Notes: generated from the sequence alone by a model not told the origin. DNA of 64,000 nt from an uncultured Tissierella sp. (GCA_964489715.1 CAZBAK010000002.1:10266-74265), one strand, 5' to 3'. Positions 50,594 to 60,493 are shown, counted from the first letter of the stretch. Made by a program: numbers and translations.

Positions 50594-52174
50594 TTATACA
50601 TATTCAAAATCATCATCTGCTTTAAACCAAGTTTTTCTCTGTAAATGTAAGAAGTAACTAATAACAGCGACTATTACATATCCTATTGCAAATTCAGATT
50701 TTAAATTTAATCCTAACTGTCCTGCATGAATAAATCCTGTTGCAGATAAAACAGCTGCTACAAGTGATACTATAGCCACTTTATCTAATCTTTTATCAAT
50801 TATAAATACAGTGATTGAACTAAGCAATATTCCAATCAATATTGCTCCTGATTTTACCCCCGAAACACCATTCCACATTACACCATTCTCCATAAGAGCG
50901 CTTGTTACTTCTGCTCCATATCCATCTAAACCATTCGCTTGGATTTCATTCCAAACTCCTACTGATCCTAAAGTTCCTGAAATTTGACTAAACATATAAT
51001 CAGCCACCGGAGGTACCATTGCAATCCCAACTGCAGCATAATGTTTAACTTTTACTTCTTTAAATGCTTGTGCTACCATAACTATAGCACACCAGAGAAA
51101 TGTTACTGCACAAACTGCCGGAGGTACCATTTCGCTTAAAAATGTAAATAGCCCGAATACCCCTGCTAGTCCTAAAACAATTCCTGTAATAGCTGAATAA
51201 CCTATACCTGCATCTGTTTTTTTAAGTCCTGCGTGTCCTAACCATACTGTATTAGGAACCACTCCTCCAAATACTGCAGATACCATTGTACAAATTCCAT
51301 CTGCAAACTGAGCTTCTCTAACAGAGTAATTATCGCCTGCTACTTGTGCCGATTCAACATTATCCATAGTTTCAACAAAGTTATATATTTCCACTGGGAT
51401 AATTATTGCTAAGTAAGGTATAACAACAGCAAAACCATTAATTAATCCTTGTACTGTTGTAACTGGATTGGGGAAATAAAATCCTACACCTGTAAAGTCA
51501 ACTTGTGTCCTTCCTAATGCATATGCATATACTATACCACCAACAATTGCTACAGCTATTGGTGGGATTTTTTTAGGAAATAAATAACCTCCAAATACCC
51601 CTAATAAGGCTACTGCCAAAACTGGTAAACCAACTAACGGATCTCCATATACATCAAATACACCTTGGGTAGCCATCCAAATAAATCCAATCCCTGCAAT
51701 AGTTCCAAGTAGTGCAGCTCTAGGCAATTTATCTTTTACCCATTGTCCAAAGAAACCACCTATAAACTCAATCACACCACCTATAAAGCATGCTGCAACT
51801 GCTGCTGACCAAGCAAGTTCTGGGTCTCCTAAGCCATAGCTAAGTGGCATTATAACACCATATAGGATAACAAACATTGCTGGAGTGGAGACACCTGAGG
51901 GCAATGCAGTAACATCTGTTCTATTTTCTTTTTTAGCAAGCCTATAACCCATATAAGCATACCACAGTCCACCAACTAATAAGCCAATTGACATTCCTGG
52001 TATAACTCTTCCAAATACTATCTCATCAGGCCATCCTAGTACCCCGCTAAGAGTTGCTATCACTATAATATAATTTATTATATTATTTGGGATAAGGTAA
52101 GCTAACCCTCCAATATCTCCTCTACGAAAAAATTTTATTTTATTAATGGTTCCATCAGAATTTGAATTTGTCAT
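50594..52174 (-). CDS. Nucleobase permease (xanthine/uracil/vitamin C permease-like, NCS2-related)
   Basis: RGDIGGL, TALPSGVSTP, LPRAALLG..AG, NVESAQVAGDNY, ADGI; multi-TM; in an operon with adenine deaminases. Confidence 0.78.
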   Translation of the reverse strand: MTNSNSDGTINKIKFFRRGDIGGLAYLIPNNIINYIIVIATLSGVLGWPDEIVFGRVIPGMSIGLLVGGLWYAYMGYRLAKKENRTDVTALPSGVSTPAMFVILYGVIMPLSYGLGDPELAWSAAVAACFIGGVIEFIGGFFGQWVKDKLPRAALLGTIAGIGFIWMATQGVFDVYGDPLVGLPVLAVALLGVFGGYLFPKKIPPIAVAIVGGIVYAYALGRTQVDFTGVGFYFPNPVTTVQGLINGFAVVIPYLAIIIPVEIYNFVETMDNVESAQVAGDNYSVREAQFADGICTMVSAVFGGVVPNTVWLGHAGLKKTDAGIGYSAITGIVLGLAGVFGLFTFLSEMVPPAVCAVTFLWCAIVMVAQAFKEVKVKHYAAVGIAMVPPVADYMFSQISGTLGSVGVWNEIQANGLDGYGAEVTSALMENGVMWNGVSGVKSGAILIGILLSSITVFIIDKRLDKVAIVSLVAAVLSATGFIHAGQLGLNLKSEFAIGYVIVAVISYFLHLQRKTWFKADDDFEYV

Positions 52175-52187
52175 TGTTATTACCTCC

Positions 52188-53924
52188 TTATTTAGGAACT
52201 TCTATATCAATGAAATCAAAACTTGTAACATCAAATAATCCAACATCTGTGAGTTTTATTTCTGGTATAACTGCTAAAGACATGAATGATAGTACCATAA
52301 CAGGTTCTAAATGACTATGAATGCTAAGCTCTTTATGAGCAGTATTGTGGATTCTGATAAGTTCATCTTTGACCATTTCTCCGTTTTTATCACTCATAAT
52401 TCCACCTATAGGCATTGACATTGTATCTATTACTTTATTATTTTTCGTAATTACTATGCCTCCGTCTTGCTTGATTAAGGTTTTTATTGCCAGCTCCATA
52501 TCATCATCATTAACACCAACTGCAATAATATTATGAGAGTCATGAGCAATTGATACAGCTATGGCCCCTTCTTTAATTCCATAATCTTTTAATAGAGCTA
52601 CTGCAACATTTCCAGTGTTTTGATATCTTTCAACAACTGCTACCTTGCAGATATCGTTTTCTCTATCATAAACAAAATTCCCACTTTCATCTCTATTTAC
52701 TCTTGCTGTTTCTTTAGCAGTTAAAACTCCTCCTGGCAGAACTTTAATTACATAGACATCTTCTGACTTCAATTGTAATTTGAGCTTATCCTTTGAAAAA
52801 TCTTTAACTGTAAATCTTCCTCTAACCTTTTCTATACTATGCTTTTTAATTTCAGGTAAATATTTACCATCTCTGCCAACTTCTTCTCCCTTAATAAAAA
52901 CTTGACTAACTTTAAAGTCTTCAAGATTATCAAACAATACAATATCAGCTCTTAATCCTGGTGCAATAGCTCCTCTGTCATCTAATTTAAAACATTCTGC
53001 TGCATTTAAAGTTGCCATTTGGATAGCTGTTATTGGATCAACATCATTGTTTACGCATATTCTTAATAAGTTATCTAAGTGTCCTACTTCAAGTATAGTT
53101 TTTGGCTGAAGATCATCAGAACACAGTAGACACCTTCTGCTATTTTCAGTTGTTAAGCCTTTAATTAAATTTTCTAAATCATGACAAGCTGATCCATGTC
53201 TCATCAAAACAAACATACCACGTGAAATTCTATCTAACATTTCTTCTACACTAGAACATTCGTGATCAGTTCTAACTCCTGCCGCCGCATAAGCATTTAA
53301 ATCTTTACCTTTTATATTTGGACTATGTCCATCAATGAGTTTATTATTATTTTTTGCTACCATTATTTTTTCTAAAACTTCTTCTGTTCCATTTATTACT
53401 CCAACATAATCCATGAATTCCCCAAGTCCAAGGATATTTTCATTTTTGATTGGTTCTTTCATTACATCTGCATCTATTATAGCTCCTGCATTTTCAAATG
53501 GAGTCGCTGGTACACAGGATGGAAGCATAAATTTAACATCTAAAGCTGTATTCTTTGAAGCTTCTAACATATACTCCATACCATCCATTCCACAAACATT
53601 TACAATTTCATGTGGATCTGCAATAATTGTTGTTGCTCCATGAGGAACTAAGAGCCTACCAATTTCTTCTGGACTAAGATAAGCTGATTCTATATGAATA
53701 TGAGAGTCAATAAATCCTGGTGAAGCATATCGACCTTCTGCATCAATCTCTTCTTTGCCATTATAGTTACCAACACCAGCGATACTGCCATTTGTAATGG
53801 CAATATCACCTTCAATTATTCTATGATTATATACATCAACTATTTTACAATTTTTAATAACTAAATCTGGTAATTCCCTTCCAGCAGCTACATCTATCAA
53901 GTTTTTTAAGTCTTTTATATCCAT
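52188..53924 (-). CDS. ade: Adenine deaminase
   Basis: PGFIDSHIHIES, ADPHEIVNV, PSCVPAT, GLGEFMD, DGHSP, TDHEC, CSDD, SIAHDSHN; likely start ATG 53924 after GGAGG. Confidence 0.93.
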   Translation of the reverse strand: MDIKDLKNLIDVAAGRELPDLVIKNCKIVDVYNHRIIEGDIAITNGSIAGVGNYNGKEEIDAEGRYASPGFIDSHIHIESAYLSPEEIGRLLVPHGATTIIADPHEIVNVCGMDGMEYMLEASKNTALDVKFMLPSCVPATPFENAGAIIDADVMKEPIKNENILGLGEFMDYVGVINGTEEVLEKIMVAKNNNKLIDGHSPNIKGKDLNAYAAAGVRTDHECSSVEEMLDRISRGMFVLMRHGSACHDLENLIKGLTTENSRRCLLCSDDLQPKTILEVGHLDNLLRICVNNDVDPITAIQMATLNAAECFKLDDRGAIAPGLRADIVLFDNLEDFKVSQVFIKGEEVGRDGKYLPEIKKHSIEKVRGRFTVKDFSKDKLKLQLKSEDVYVIKVLPGGVLTAKETARVNRDESGNFVYDRENDICKVAVVERYQNTGNVAVALLKDYGIKEGAIAVSIAHDSHNIIAVGVNDDDMELAIKTLIKQDGGIVITKNNKVIDTMSMPIGGIMSDKNGEMVKDELIRIHNTAHKELSIHSHLEPVMVLSFMSLAVIPEIKLTDVGLFDVTSFDFIDIEVPK

Positions 53925-53981
53925 AGATTTCATCCTCCAAATCAATTATATTAACTATTAGTTAAAATATCTTTTTTGAAT

Positions 53982-55790
53982 CTATTCTTCTATCAATTCA
54001 AGAATAGGATCAAATATCCTAAGATTAACATAATCTACAGGTCCTACATCAGTAATTGCATAATCAGGGATAGCTGTAATTGTTAAGAAAAACATCCACA
54101 TTATAGGCTCTTCTAGTTCTGATCCTATAGAACGTGCTGCTTTTTTAAGAAGTGTTGTTTTTTCTGAAACCTCTTCTGGTTCTGAGTCACTAACTATTCC
54201 TCCAACTTCTAGTGGTAAGAATTCAATAATCTCTCCATCTGCTACTACTATCTGACCACCACCATTTTCAATTAAATGATTTACAGCCATTGACATATCT
54301 TCTGGATCTACTCCCATTACTATTATATTATTATCATCTGGACAAGCTGATGAAGCCATAGCTCCTTTTTTAAGGTTCCAACCTGAACAAAACGCCAGTG
54401 ATTTGTTGTCATTGCGACCATGTCTTTCTAATACTGATACCATTATGGCATCTTGCTCAGTATCTGGAAGAACTATTCCATCTTTTACTTCTAAAGTTAC
54501 ATCTTTTCTTTTTCTTACAAATGGCCCTTTAACATCCATTGAAAGTACTTTAGCTTTACCATTTTTAATGTCTACCTTATATTCAAAATCTTCTTTAGTA
54601 GTCATATCACATTTCAATTTTCCTGATAGTGCTGAAGTTCTATCTGGAGCATTAAGTTGAAAATTGAGTTTATTGTTTTCTGCTACTATATTACCATCAC
54701 TAATTACTTTTTCTACATTAAAAGTTTCTGGTGAGTCTATTATTAGTATATCTGCAATTCTTCCTGGAGAAATTGAACCTATCAAATCATCTATTTTATA
54801 AGTTTCTGCACTATTAATTGTTGCCATTTGTATGGCTGTCATTGGTTCAACGCCTTCTTTAATAGCTTTTCTTACAACATAGTCTAAATGCCCCGTATTT
54901 AACACATCAGTTGCAGTAACATCATCTGTACAAAAGCTTACTCTTCTTGCTAAATCTGGATTTACTTGAGTAATGGCTTTAATATTTTCTTCTAAGAATG
55001 GTGTAATAGTTGATTCTCTTATGATCATATGCATACCTTTTCTTATTTTTTCAACTACTTCTTCATGAGTATAACTTTCATGGTCTAATCTTACTCCCGC
55101 TGTTAAATAACCGTTTAAATCATTTCCACGAGCCATAGGAGCACAACCAAATACTGGTAGTCGGTTTACCTTTGCTATAGCCATCGCACCTAGAGTATCT
55201 TCATCTTCTTCTTCAATAAATTCTCTTACAGTTTCCCATACTCCAAAACATTGATCCCACTTTTGAACTTCTTCATGAACTGATGGGTCAATATTAAATG
55301 CAACTGTAGATTCTGGTATAGTATAAGGAGTTTTAAATGGAGCCCCCCAAAATACTTTCATAGGTAATTCTTCTACTTCTTTAAAGACTTCCTTTAGTCC
55401 TTCAAGGCCTGAAACAGATATATATCCATCAAGTCCTGAAACAATACTTGTTGTTCCACGAGGAACCACTGCTTTAGCAAAGCTAGTAATACTCATTAAA
55501 CTACATTCGCTATGAATGTGTCCATCTATCAATCCTGGACTTAAGTACTTGCCTGTGGCATCAATAATTTCTGTGTCTTCACCAATATAATCCTCAACAT
55601 CTCCTGTTCCTACAATCGTTTTCCCATAGATTGCAACATCTGCTGGATAGATTTCATTGCTCATTACATTAATAAGATTACCATTTTTAATTACTTTTGT
55701 TGCTGGTATCATAGCTCTTCCTGCTCTTACCAATGTTTTTAAATCTTCAACTTCTTTTTTCAGATCAAAATTTTCGACTTTCTTTTTCAT
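53982..55790 (-). CDS. Divergent adenine-deaminase-family amidohydrolase
   Basis: PGLIDGHIHSE, LDHES, CTDD and the Ade C-terminal domain are present, but DPHE->GLDG, GHxP->GCAP, HDSHN->PDDNN; start ATG 55790 after GGAGG. Confidence 0.85.
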   Translation of the reverse strand: MKKKVENFDLKKEVEDLKTLVRAGRAMIPATKVIKNGNLINVMSNEIYPADVAIYGKTIVGTGDVEDYIGEDTEIIDATGKYLSPGLIDGHIHSECSLMSITSFAKAVVPRGTTSIVSGLDGYISVSGLEGLKEVFKEVEELPMKVFWGAPFKTPYTIPESTVAFNIDPSVHEEVQKWDQCFGVWETVREFIEEEDEDTLGAMAIAKVNRLPVFGCAPMARGNDLNGYLTAGVRLDHESYTHEEVVEKIRKGMHMIIRESTITPFLEENIKAITQVNPDLARRVSFCTDDVTATDVLNTGHLDYVVRKAIKEGVEPMTAIQMATINSAETYKIDDLIGSISPGRIADILIIDSPETFNVEKVISDGNIVAENNKLNFQLNAPDRTSALSGKLKCDMTTKEDFEYKVDIKNGKAKVLSMDVKGPFVRKRKDVTLEVKDGIVLPDTEQDAIMVSVLERHGRNDNKSLAFCSGWNLKKGAMASSACPDDNNIIVMGVDPEDMSMAVNHLIENGGGQIVVADGEIIEFLPLEVGGIVSDSEPEEVSEKTTLLKKAARSIGSELEEPIMWMFFLTITAIPDYAITDVGPVDYVNLRIFDPILELIEE

Positions 55791-55815
55791 ATTTAAACCC
55801 TCCATTTTTTTATTT

Positions 55816-56356
55816 GGTGCGCTGACAATTTATGTCAGTCAGGTTTCCCGTCCTAATAATTGCACCTGAAGAATTTTAATATAAGATTATTTTTCCTTAT
55901 TTATTGATAAGAAAAAATAATAATATTTAATTTTTAAAAAACTTATTCTCTCGTAAATTAAATGTATATGTTCCAAATATATATAACTAAAGGATATAAT
56001 TATCAGCCAGGTTTCACGTCCTGTAATTATATCCTTTAAGAATTTTGAATATTAAATTTTATATTGTATTTATATCCTTAATTTTAGTTTGTAGTATTCT
56101 CTCTAAGTAATAGTTTTTTAATTTATTCTCTTTAGAAGTGACTAAAGGATATAATTATCAGTCAGGTTTCACGTCCTGTAATTATATCCTTTAAGAATTT
56201 TAAATATTAAATTTTATATTGCATTTATATCCTTAGTTTCAGTTTGTAGTCTTCTCTTTAAGTAATAGTTTTTTTAATTTATTCTATTTAGAGGTGACTA
56301 GAGGATATAATTATCAGTCAGGTTTCACGTCCTGTAATCATATCCTCTAAGAATTT
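55816..56356 (-). ncRNA. Four-copy structured leader motif, candidate cis-regulatory RNA
   Basis: 20-nt core AGGACG(T/G)GAAACCTG(A/G)CTGA at 56314-56333, 56158-56177, 56003-56022 and 55835-55854, each inside an inverted repeat and preceded by AAAATTCTT. Confidence 0.7.
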
Positions 56357-56370
56357 TTAAGTATTAAATT
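55986..56370. repeat. Tandem direct repeat, ~155-bp unit, about 2.5 copies
   Basis: Units begin ACTA(A/G)AGGATATAATTATCAG at 55986, 56141 and 56297; the intervening sequences are also near-identical. Confidence 0.95.
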
Positions 56371-56405
56371 ATATTTCTGAATTGTTTGAATATTATATTA
56401 ATTAA

Positions 56406-56434
56406 ATTATAGCAGCTACTAATTTTTTTGTCAA
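56406..56434 (-). promoter_or_regulatory. Consensus sigma-A promoter driving the long leader and the ade operon
   Basis: TTGACA-N17-TATAAT with an extended -10 TG. Confidence 0.85.
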
Positions 56435-56531
56435 TACTTTTTTAAAATTTAATTTTATAATCTAACATACAATAAAATCCATTATATAAACTAGCTATTC
56501 ATTTTATTGATTATAACTTTCCCTACAGATC

Positions 56532-57821
56532 TTATAATTCTCCTAAGATTCTCTTGTTTATTCTATTGGATTCATAGATTACCCTTTCACTATCCATTGT
56601 TAAAAGTTCTCCATCCTTGTATAGGAGCTCTCCATCTACCATATTTAAGCATATGTCACTTGCTTGAGCTGAGAATATGATATTGGATAGGACATCATGA
56701 ACTGGTTGAAGGTGAGGCTTATCAAAGTCATAGACAACTATATCTGCCCTGTTTCCAACTTTTATCCCTCCTGTATCCTTTCTTCCTTGAGCTCTGGCTC
56801 CATTAATAGTTGCCATTTGGAAGATCTCCTTGCTGGTCATAAAGAGGGGATCATGATTTATACCCTTATTGGCCATAACTGATAAGTTGATTTCCTCCAA
56901 CATATTTAAGTTATTGTTAGAAGATGCACCATCTGTTCCAAAGCCTAGTCTTATTCCCTTTTCCATCATTCTTTTAATAGGGGCAAAGCCGCTTCCAAGC
57001 TTTAAGTTACTTGATATACAATGAGCCACTGTGACATCCTTAGCCTTTAATATGTCCATATCCTCTTCTTCCACCCAAACACAATGGGCTGCTACTAGAG
57101 GATTATCCAGCAGACCACATTTTTCAAGATATGCACTAGGTGTAAGGCCGTGTCTGCTTATAGATTCTTCATGTTCATGCTTGGTTTCTGAAATATGCGT
57201 TTGAACTATTATTTCTTTTTCCTTGGCATAGTCTGCTAAAAATCTAACCAAATTCTCAGTTGAAGTGTATTCAGCATGAAGAGCTATATCTATCTTAATC
57301 CTATCCTCTTCTCTGTTCTTTAAAAGTTCATAAGTTCTATTTGTATCCTTAATTCCCTTTAGTTCTTGGAAGTTTTTCACCTCATCTCCCCCAGCTATTC
57401 CGTGGGAGATATTGGCCTTTAAGCCACTTACATCTATAGCTCTTATTATATCTTCTATATAAAAGTACATATCACTAAAGGAACTGGCACCACTTTTTAT
57501 AAGTTCTATGGCACCTAACTGACTTGCCCAAAAACAATCTTCTCCCTTTAATCTATCTTCATAGGGAAATATTCTTTCAAATAGCCACTTTTGAAGAGAT
57601 AGGCCATCCCCATAGCCCCTAAGTATTGTCATGGGTATATGGCAATGGATGTTGAAAAAACCTGGTGATAGGACCTTGTTCTTGCCTTCATAAACTTCTC
57701 CACTATAGTCCTTAGGTACTTCTTTGCCAATATACTTTATCTCTTTTCCCTGGGTTAAAAGATTCATATTTTCCTGTATTTCATAGTTCTCATCTATAAT
57801 TGTTATATCTTTAAAAAGCAT
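56532..57821 (-). CDS. Amidohydrolase, MTA/SAH deaminase (MtaD)-like
   Basis: PGFFNIHCH, DMYF, HAEYT, THISET, AAHCVW, SNLKLGSG, GTDGASSNN. Confidence 0.85.
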   Translation of the reverse strand: MLFKDITIIDENYEIQENMNLLTQGKEIKYIGKEVPKDYSGEVYEGKNKVLSPGFFNIHCHIPMTILRGYGDGLSLQKWLFERIFPYEDRLKGEDCFWASQLGAIELIKSGASSFSDMYFYIEDIIRAIDVSGLKANISHGIAGGDEVKNFQELKGIKDTNRTYELLKNREEDRIKIDIALHAEYTSTENLVRFLADYAKEKEIIVQTHISETKHEHEESISRHGLTPSAYLEKCGLLDNPLVAAHCVWVEEEDMDILKAKDVTVAHCISSNLKLGSGFAPIKRMMEKGIRLGFGTDGASSNNNLNMLEEINLSVMANKGINHDPLFMTSKEIFQMATINGARAQGRKDTGGIKVGNRADIVVYDFDKPHLQPVHDVLSNIIFSAQASDICLNMVDGELLYKDGELLTMDSERVIYESNRINKRILGEL

Positions 57822-57839
57822 AAGCTTTCCCCTTTCTAT

Positions 57840-58769
57840 CTAATATTTTTTTATGCTATCTATTATATTCTTTACAAAGGCCTCCCTATCTATATGAAAG
57901 CCTACCTGTGCATTGGGATTCTTATTAAATCTATCCTCCAAGCTAGCAACGGTCATCCCCCTAGTAAGCTTTCCCTGGACTTCTACTTCCACATAGAGTG
58001 GCCTGGTCTTTACCAGCTCTGGATTTGCTACAGCCAAAAGGGCCACTGGATCATGAAGGTGACATCCATCAAATCCTGTACTCCTATGAAAGATCATTAG
58101 ATTTTCCAAGATCTCAACTAATAACTTTGCCACCTTATTGTCTATCTTTTTTATCTCTTCTATATCTTCCCTATATACATTGGCCTGGTGAGTTATATCA
58201 AGGCCGCTCATGGTTATTGCTAGACCTGATTTAAATACTATATCTGCAGCTTCTGGATCTACATATATATTAAATTCAGCTACAGGACTACAGTTTCCTC
58301 CCCTTATAGCTCCTCCCATAAGAGAGATCCTTTCAATTTTTCTCTTTAATTCTGGATACTTCTTTAAAAACATGGCTATATTTGTAAGAGGACCCATAGC
58401 TACTAAATTTACTTTTTCCTTTGAGTCCCTAAGAATATCCCCCATTAAATCTATGGCATGTTTTTCACTCTTTTTAAAACGGGCTTGGGGAAGCTCTATA
58501 CCATATATACCATCATCTCCATGAACCTCTGGAGCTACTTGCAGGTCACGGATCAAGGGTCCAGCAAATCCAAAGGCAACTGGCACATCTATGCCAGCAA
58601 AACTTAAGACCTTCAAGGCATTCATTCCCACTTTTTCTAGCCTTTGATTACCTCCTACCACTGTCACTGCCCTTAAGTCTATATTTTCATTTTTCCCAGC
58701 TAAAAGCAGAGCTACTACATCATCAAGTCCTGGGTCACAATCTATTATTACTGGCAATTTTTTATTCAT
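57840..58769 (-). CDS. Nucleoside hydrolase (IU-NH/Rih family)
   Basis: DCDPGLDD, VHGDDG, GPLTNIA, AEFNIYVDPEAA, GLDIT, LHDP. Confidence 0.93.
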   Translation of the reverse strand: MNKKLPVIIDCDPGLDDVVALLLAGKNENIDLRAVTVVGGNQRLEKVGMNALKVLSFAGIDVPVAFGFAGPLIRDLQVAPEVHGDDGIYGIELPQARFKKSEKHAIDLMGDILRDSKEKVNLVAMGPLTNIAMFLKKYPELKRKIERISLMGGAIRGGNCSPVAEFNIYVDPEAADIVFKSGLAITMSGLDITHQANVYREDIEEIKKIDNKVAKLLVEILENLMIFHRSTGFDGCHLHDPVALLAVANPELVKTRPLYVEVEVQGKLTRGMTVASLEDRFNKNPNAQVGFHIDREAFVKNIIDSIKKY

Positions 58770-59673
58770 AGTTTCCTCCATCTACTTCAGTTTTTGTGGG
58801 AAGTGAGCTTTGGGCTCCAAATTTTTGTACTGTTAGGGAGGCTGCCCTCTGTCCCCTATCTATACTTTTTTCCATATCCCCATTTTCTATAAAGGAAGAG
58901 ACAAATCCTCCTATAAAGCTATCTCCTGCAGCTGTAGTGTCCAGTGCTTTTACCTTATAGCTCCTATAGAATTTATGCCTATCCTTATTTATATAGAGAA
59001 CTCCCCTGCTTCCAAGAGTAACTATTATTTCCTTTATACCCTTGTCCAACAAGATCCTAGCAGCCTTTAAGATAGAGTTTTTACTCTCTACTTCTAAGCC
59101 TACTAGCCTGGCCAGCTCATGCTGGTTGGGAATAAGTATATCTATATTCTCTATTGTTTCTTGATCTAAACTTCTGGCAGGAGCTGGATTCAATATGGTG
59201 GTCTTGCCTAAACTCTTAGCTAGTTTTAAAGCCTCTTTTACACTTTCTAAGGGTATTTCCAGTTGAAGCAATACTAGCTTGGAATCCTTAAAAGCTTCTT
59301 TATTTCTTTCTATATACTCCCCATCTAGTTCCCAGTTTGCACCTGGTATAACTACAATATTATTGTTCCCTTTCTTGTCTACATTTATAAGGGCAATTCC
59401 ACTTTCTTTTCTTCCTCTTTCAACTAGGTCTATATCTACTCCTGACTCCTCCATAGCTTCCAATAAAAGATCTCCAAAGAGATCTTGACCAACTTTTCCT
59501 AAAAATGAAACATCTCCTCCAAGCTTCCCTATGGCCACAGCTTGATTTGCACCTTTTCCTCCTGCTATTCTCTCCAAGCTCTTTCCTAAAACAGTCTCTC
59601 CAGGCCTTGGTATTTCATCTAGTCTGACTAAGAGATCCATATTTATACTTCCAAGTACCAGAATCCTATCCAT
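58762..59673 (-). CDS. rbsK: Ribokinase
   Basis: GSINMDL, GGKGANQAVA, LQLEIP, LNPAPA, DTTAAGDSF, GAQSS. Confidence 0.93.
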   Translation of the reverse strand: MDRILVLGSINMDLLVRLDEIPRPGETVLGKSLERIAGGKGANQAVAIGKLGGDVSFLGKVGQDLFGDLLLEAMEESGVDIDLVERGRKESGIALINVDKKGNNNIVVIPGANWELDGEYIERNKEAFKDSKLVLLQLEIPLESVKEALKLAKSLGKTTILNPAPARSLDQETIENIDILIPNQHELARLVGLEVESKNSILKAARILLDKGIKEIIVTLGSRGVLYINKDRHKFYRSYKVKALDTTAAGDSFIGGFVSSFIENGDMEKSIDRGQRAASLTVQKFGAQSSLPTKTEVDGGNYE

Positions 59674-59741
59674 GAGCTTCCTCCCCTACTAAAAATATGT
59701 ATTTCTTTTTATTTCTTTGCTTATATATTATCATATTTAAC

Positions 59742-59778
59742 AAAAAAACCTAGCTACAAAATAAATTGTATCTAGGCT
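59742..59778 (-). terminator. Probable terminator after deoD
   Basis: AACCTAG.TACAA / TTGTA.CTAGGCTT imperfect inverted repeat with a U-tract on the minus strand. Confidence 0.55.
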
Positions 59779-59791
59779 TGTTTTTTATATT

Positions 59792-60493
59792 TTAAGCAAG
59801 TTCAAGAGCTATCTCCATCATCTGTGTAAAGCTCTTTTCCCTCTCTTCTGTTGTAGTTACCATCTCTTTAACAAGAGAGTCTGATACTGTAAGTATTGTA
59901 AGGGCATTGACTCCCGCTTCTGCTGCATTACAATATAGGGCATAGGCTTCCATCTCAACTGCTAGGATTCCCATCTTTGCCCATCTTTGGTAGATATCAG
60001 GTGTATCATTGTAAAATATATCACTTGTAAGTATATTTCCAACCTTTACATCTATATTTTTTCCTTCAGCAACTTTTTTAGCCTTATAGAGCAGATCCCA
60101 TGAAGCTAGGGCTGAAAATGTTCCAGGCAATCTATATTGGTCAGCATAGTTTGAATTTGTACTAGCTCCCATTGCTAATATAACATCATATAGGTCTAAA
60201 TCTTTACTGTATGCTCCACATGAACCTACTCTAATGAGATTCTTTACTCCAAACTCATGTATAAGTTCATAGGAATATATACCTATGGAAGCTGTTCCCA
60301 TACCTGTACCCATAACAGATATTCTCTTTCCCTTATATGTTCCAGTATAGCCATACATATTTCTTACTTCATTAAATTGAACTAGATCTTCTAAATATGT
60401 CTCCGCTATAAATTTAGCCCTTCTTGGGTCTCCAGGAAGCAGTATAGTTTCAGCTATATCTCCTTTTTTAGCATTTATATGTGGTGTACTCAT
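59792..60493 (-). CDS. deoD: Purine nucleoside phosphorylase, DeoD type
   Basis: MSTPHINA, LPGDPRRAK, GTGMG, RVGSCGA, SDIFY, VEMEA, TVSD. Confidence 0.96.
   Translation of the reverse strand: MSTPHINAKKGDIAETILLPGDPRRAKFIAETYLEDLVQFNEVRNMYGYTGTYKGKRISVMGTGMGTASIGIYSYELIHEFGVKNLIRVGSCGAYSKDLDLYDVILAMGASTNSNYADQYRLPGTFSALASWDLLYKAKKVAEGKNIDVKVGNILTSDIFYNDTPDIYQRWAKMGILAVEMEAYALYCNAAEAGVNALTILTVSDSLVKEMVTTTEEREKSFTQMMEIALELA

Noticed and set aside
56200-56235. Tiny ORF MQYKI in one leader repeat unit as a leader peptide
   Set aside because: The ATG is not conserved in the neighbouring unit (ATA) and the RBS is weak.
55816-56356. Hammerhead ribozyme or TPP riboswitch (GGAC..GAAAC, CUGA and GAAACCUGA..CAGCG words)
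   Set aside because: There is no CUGAUGA-stem II-GAAA in the required order, and no UGAGA pyrimidine-sensing element or P4 partner for TPP. The resemblance is limited to short words.
55986-56370. CRISPR array interpretation of the palindromic repeats
   Set aside because: The intervening sequences are ~100 nt and nearly identical to each other rather than unique spacers, and there are no cas genes in the window.
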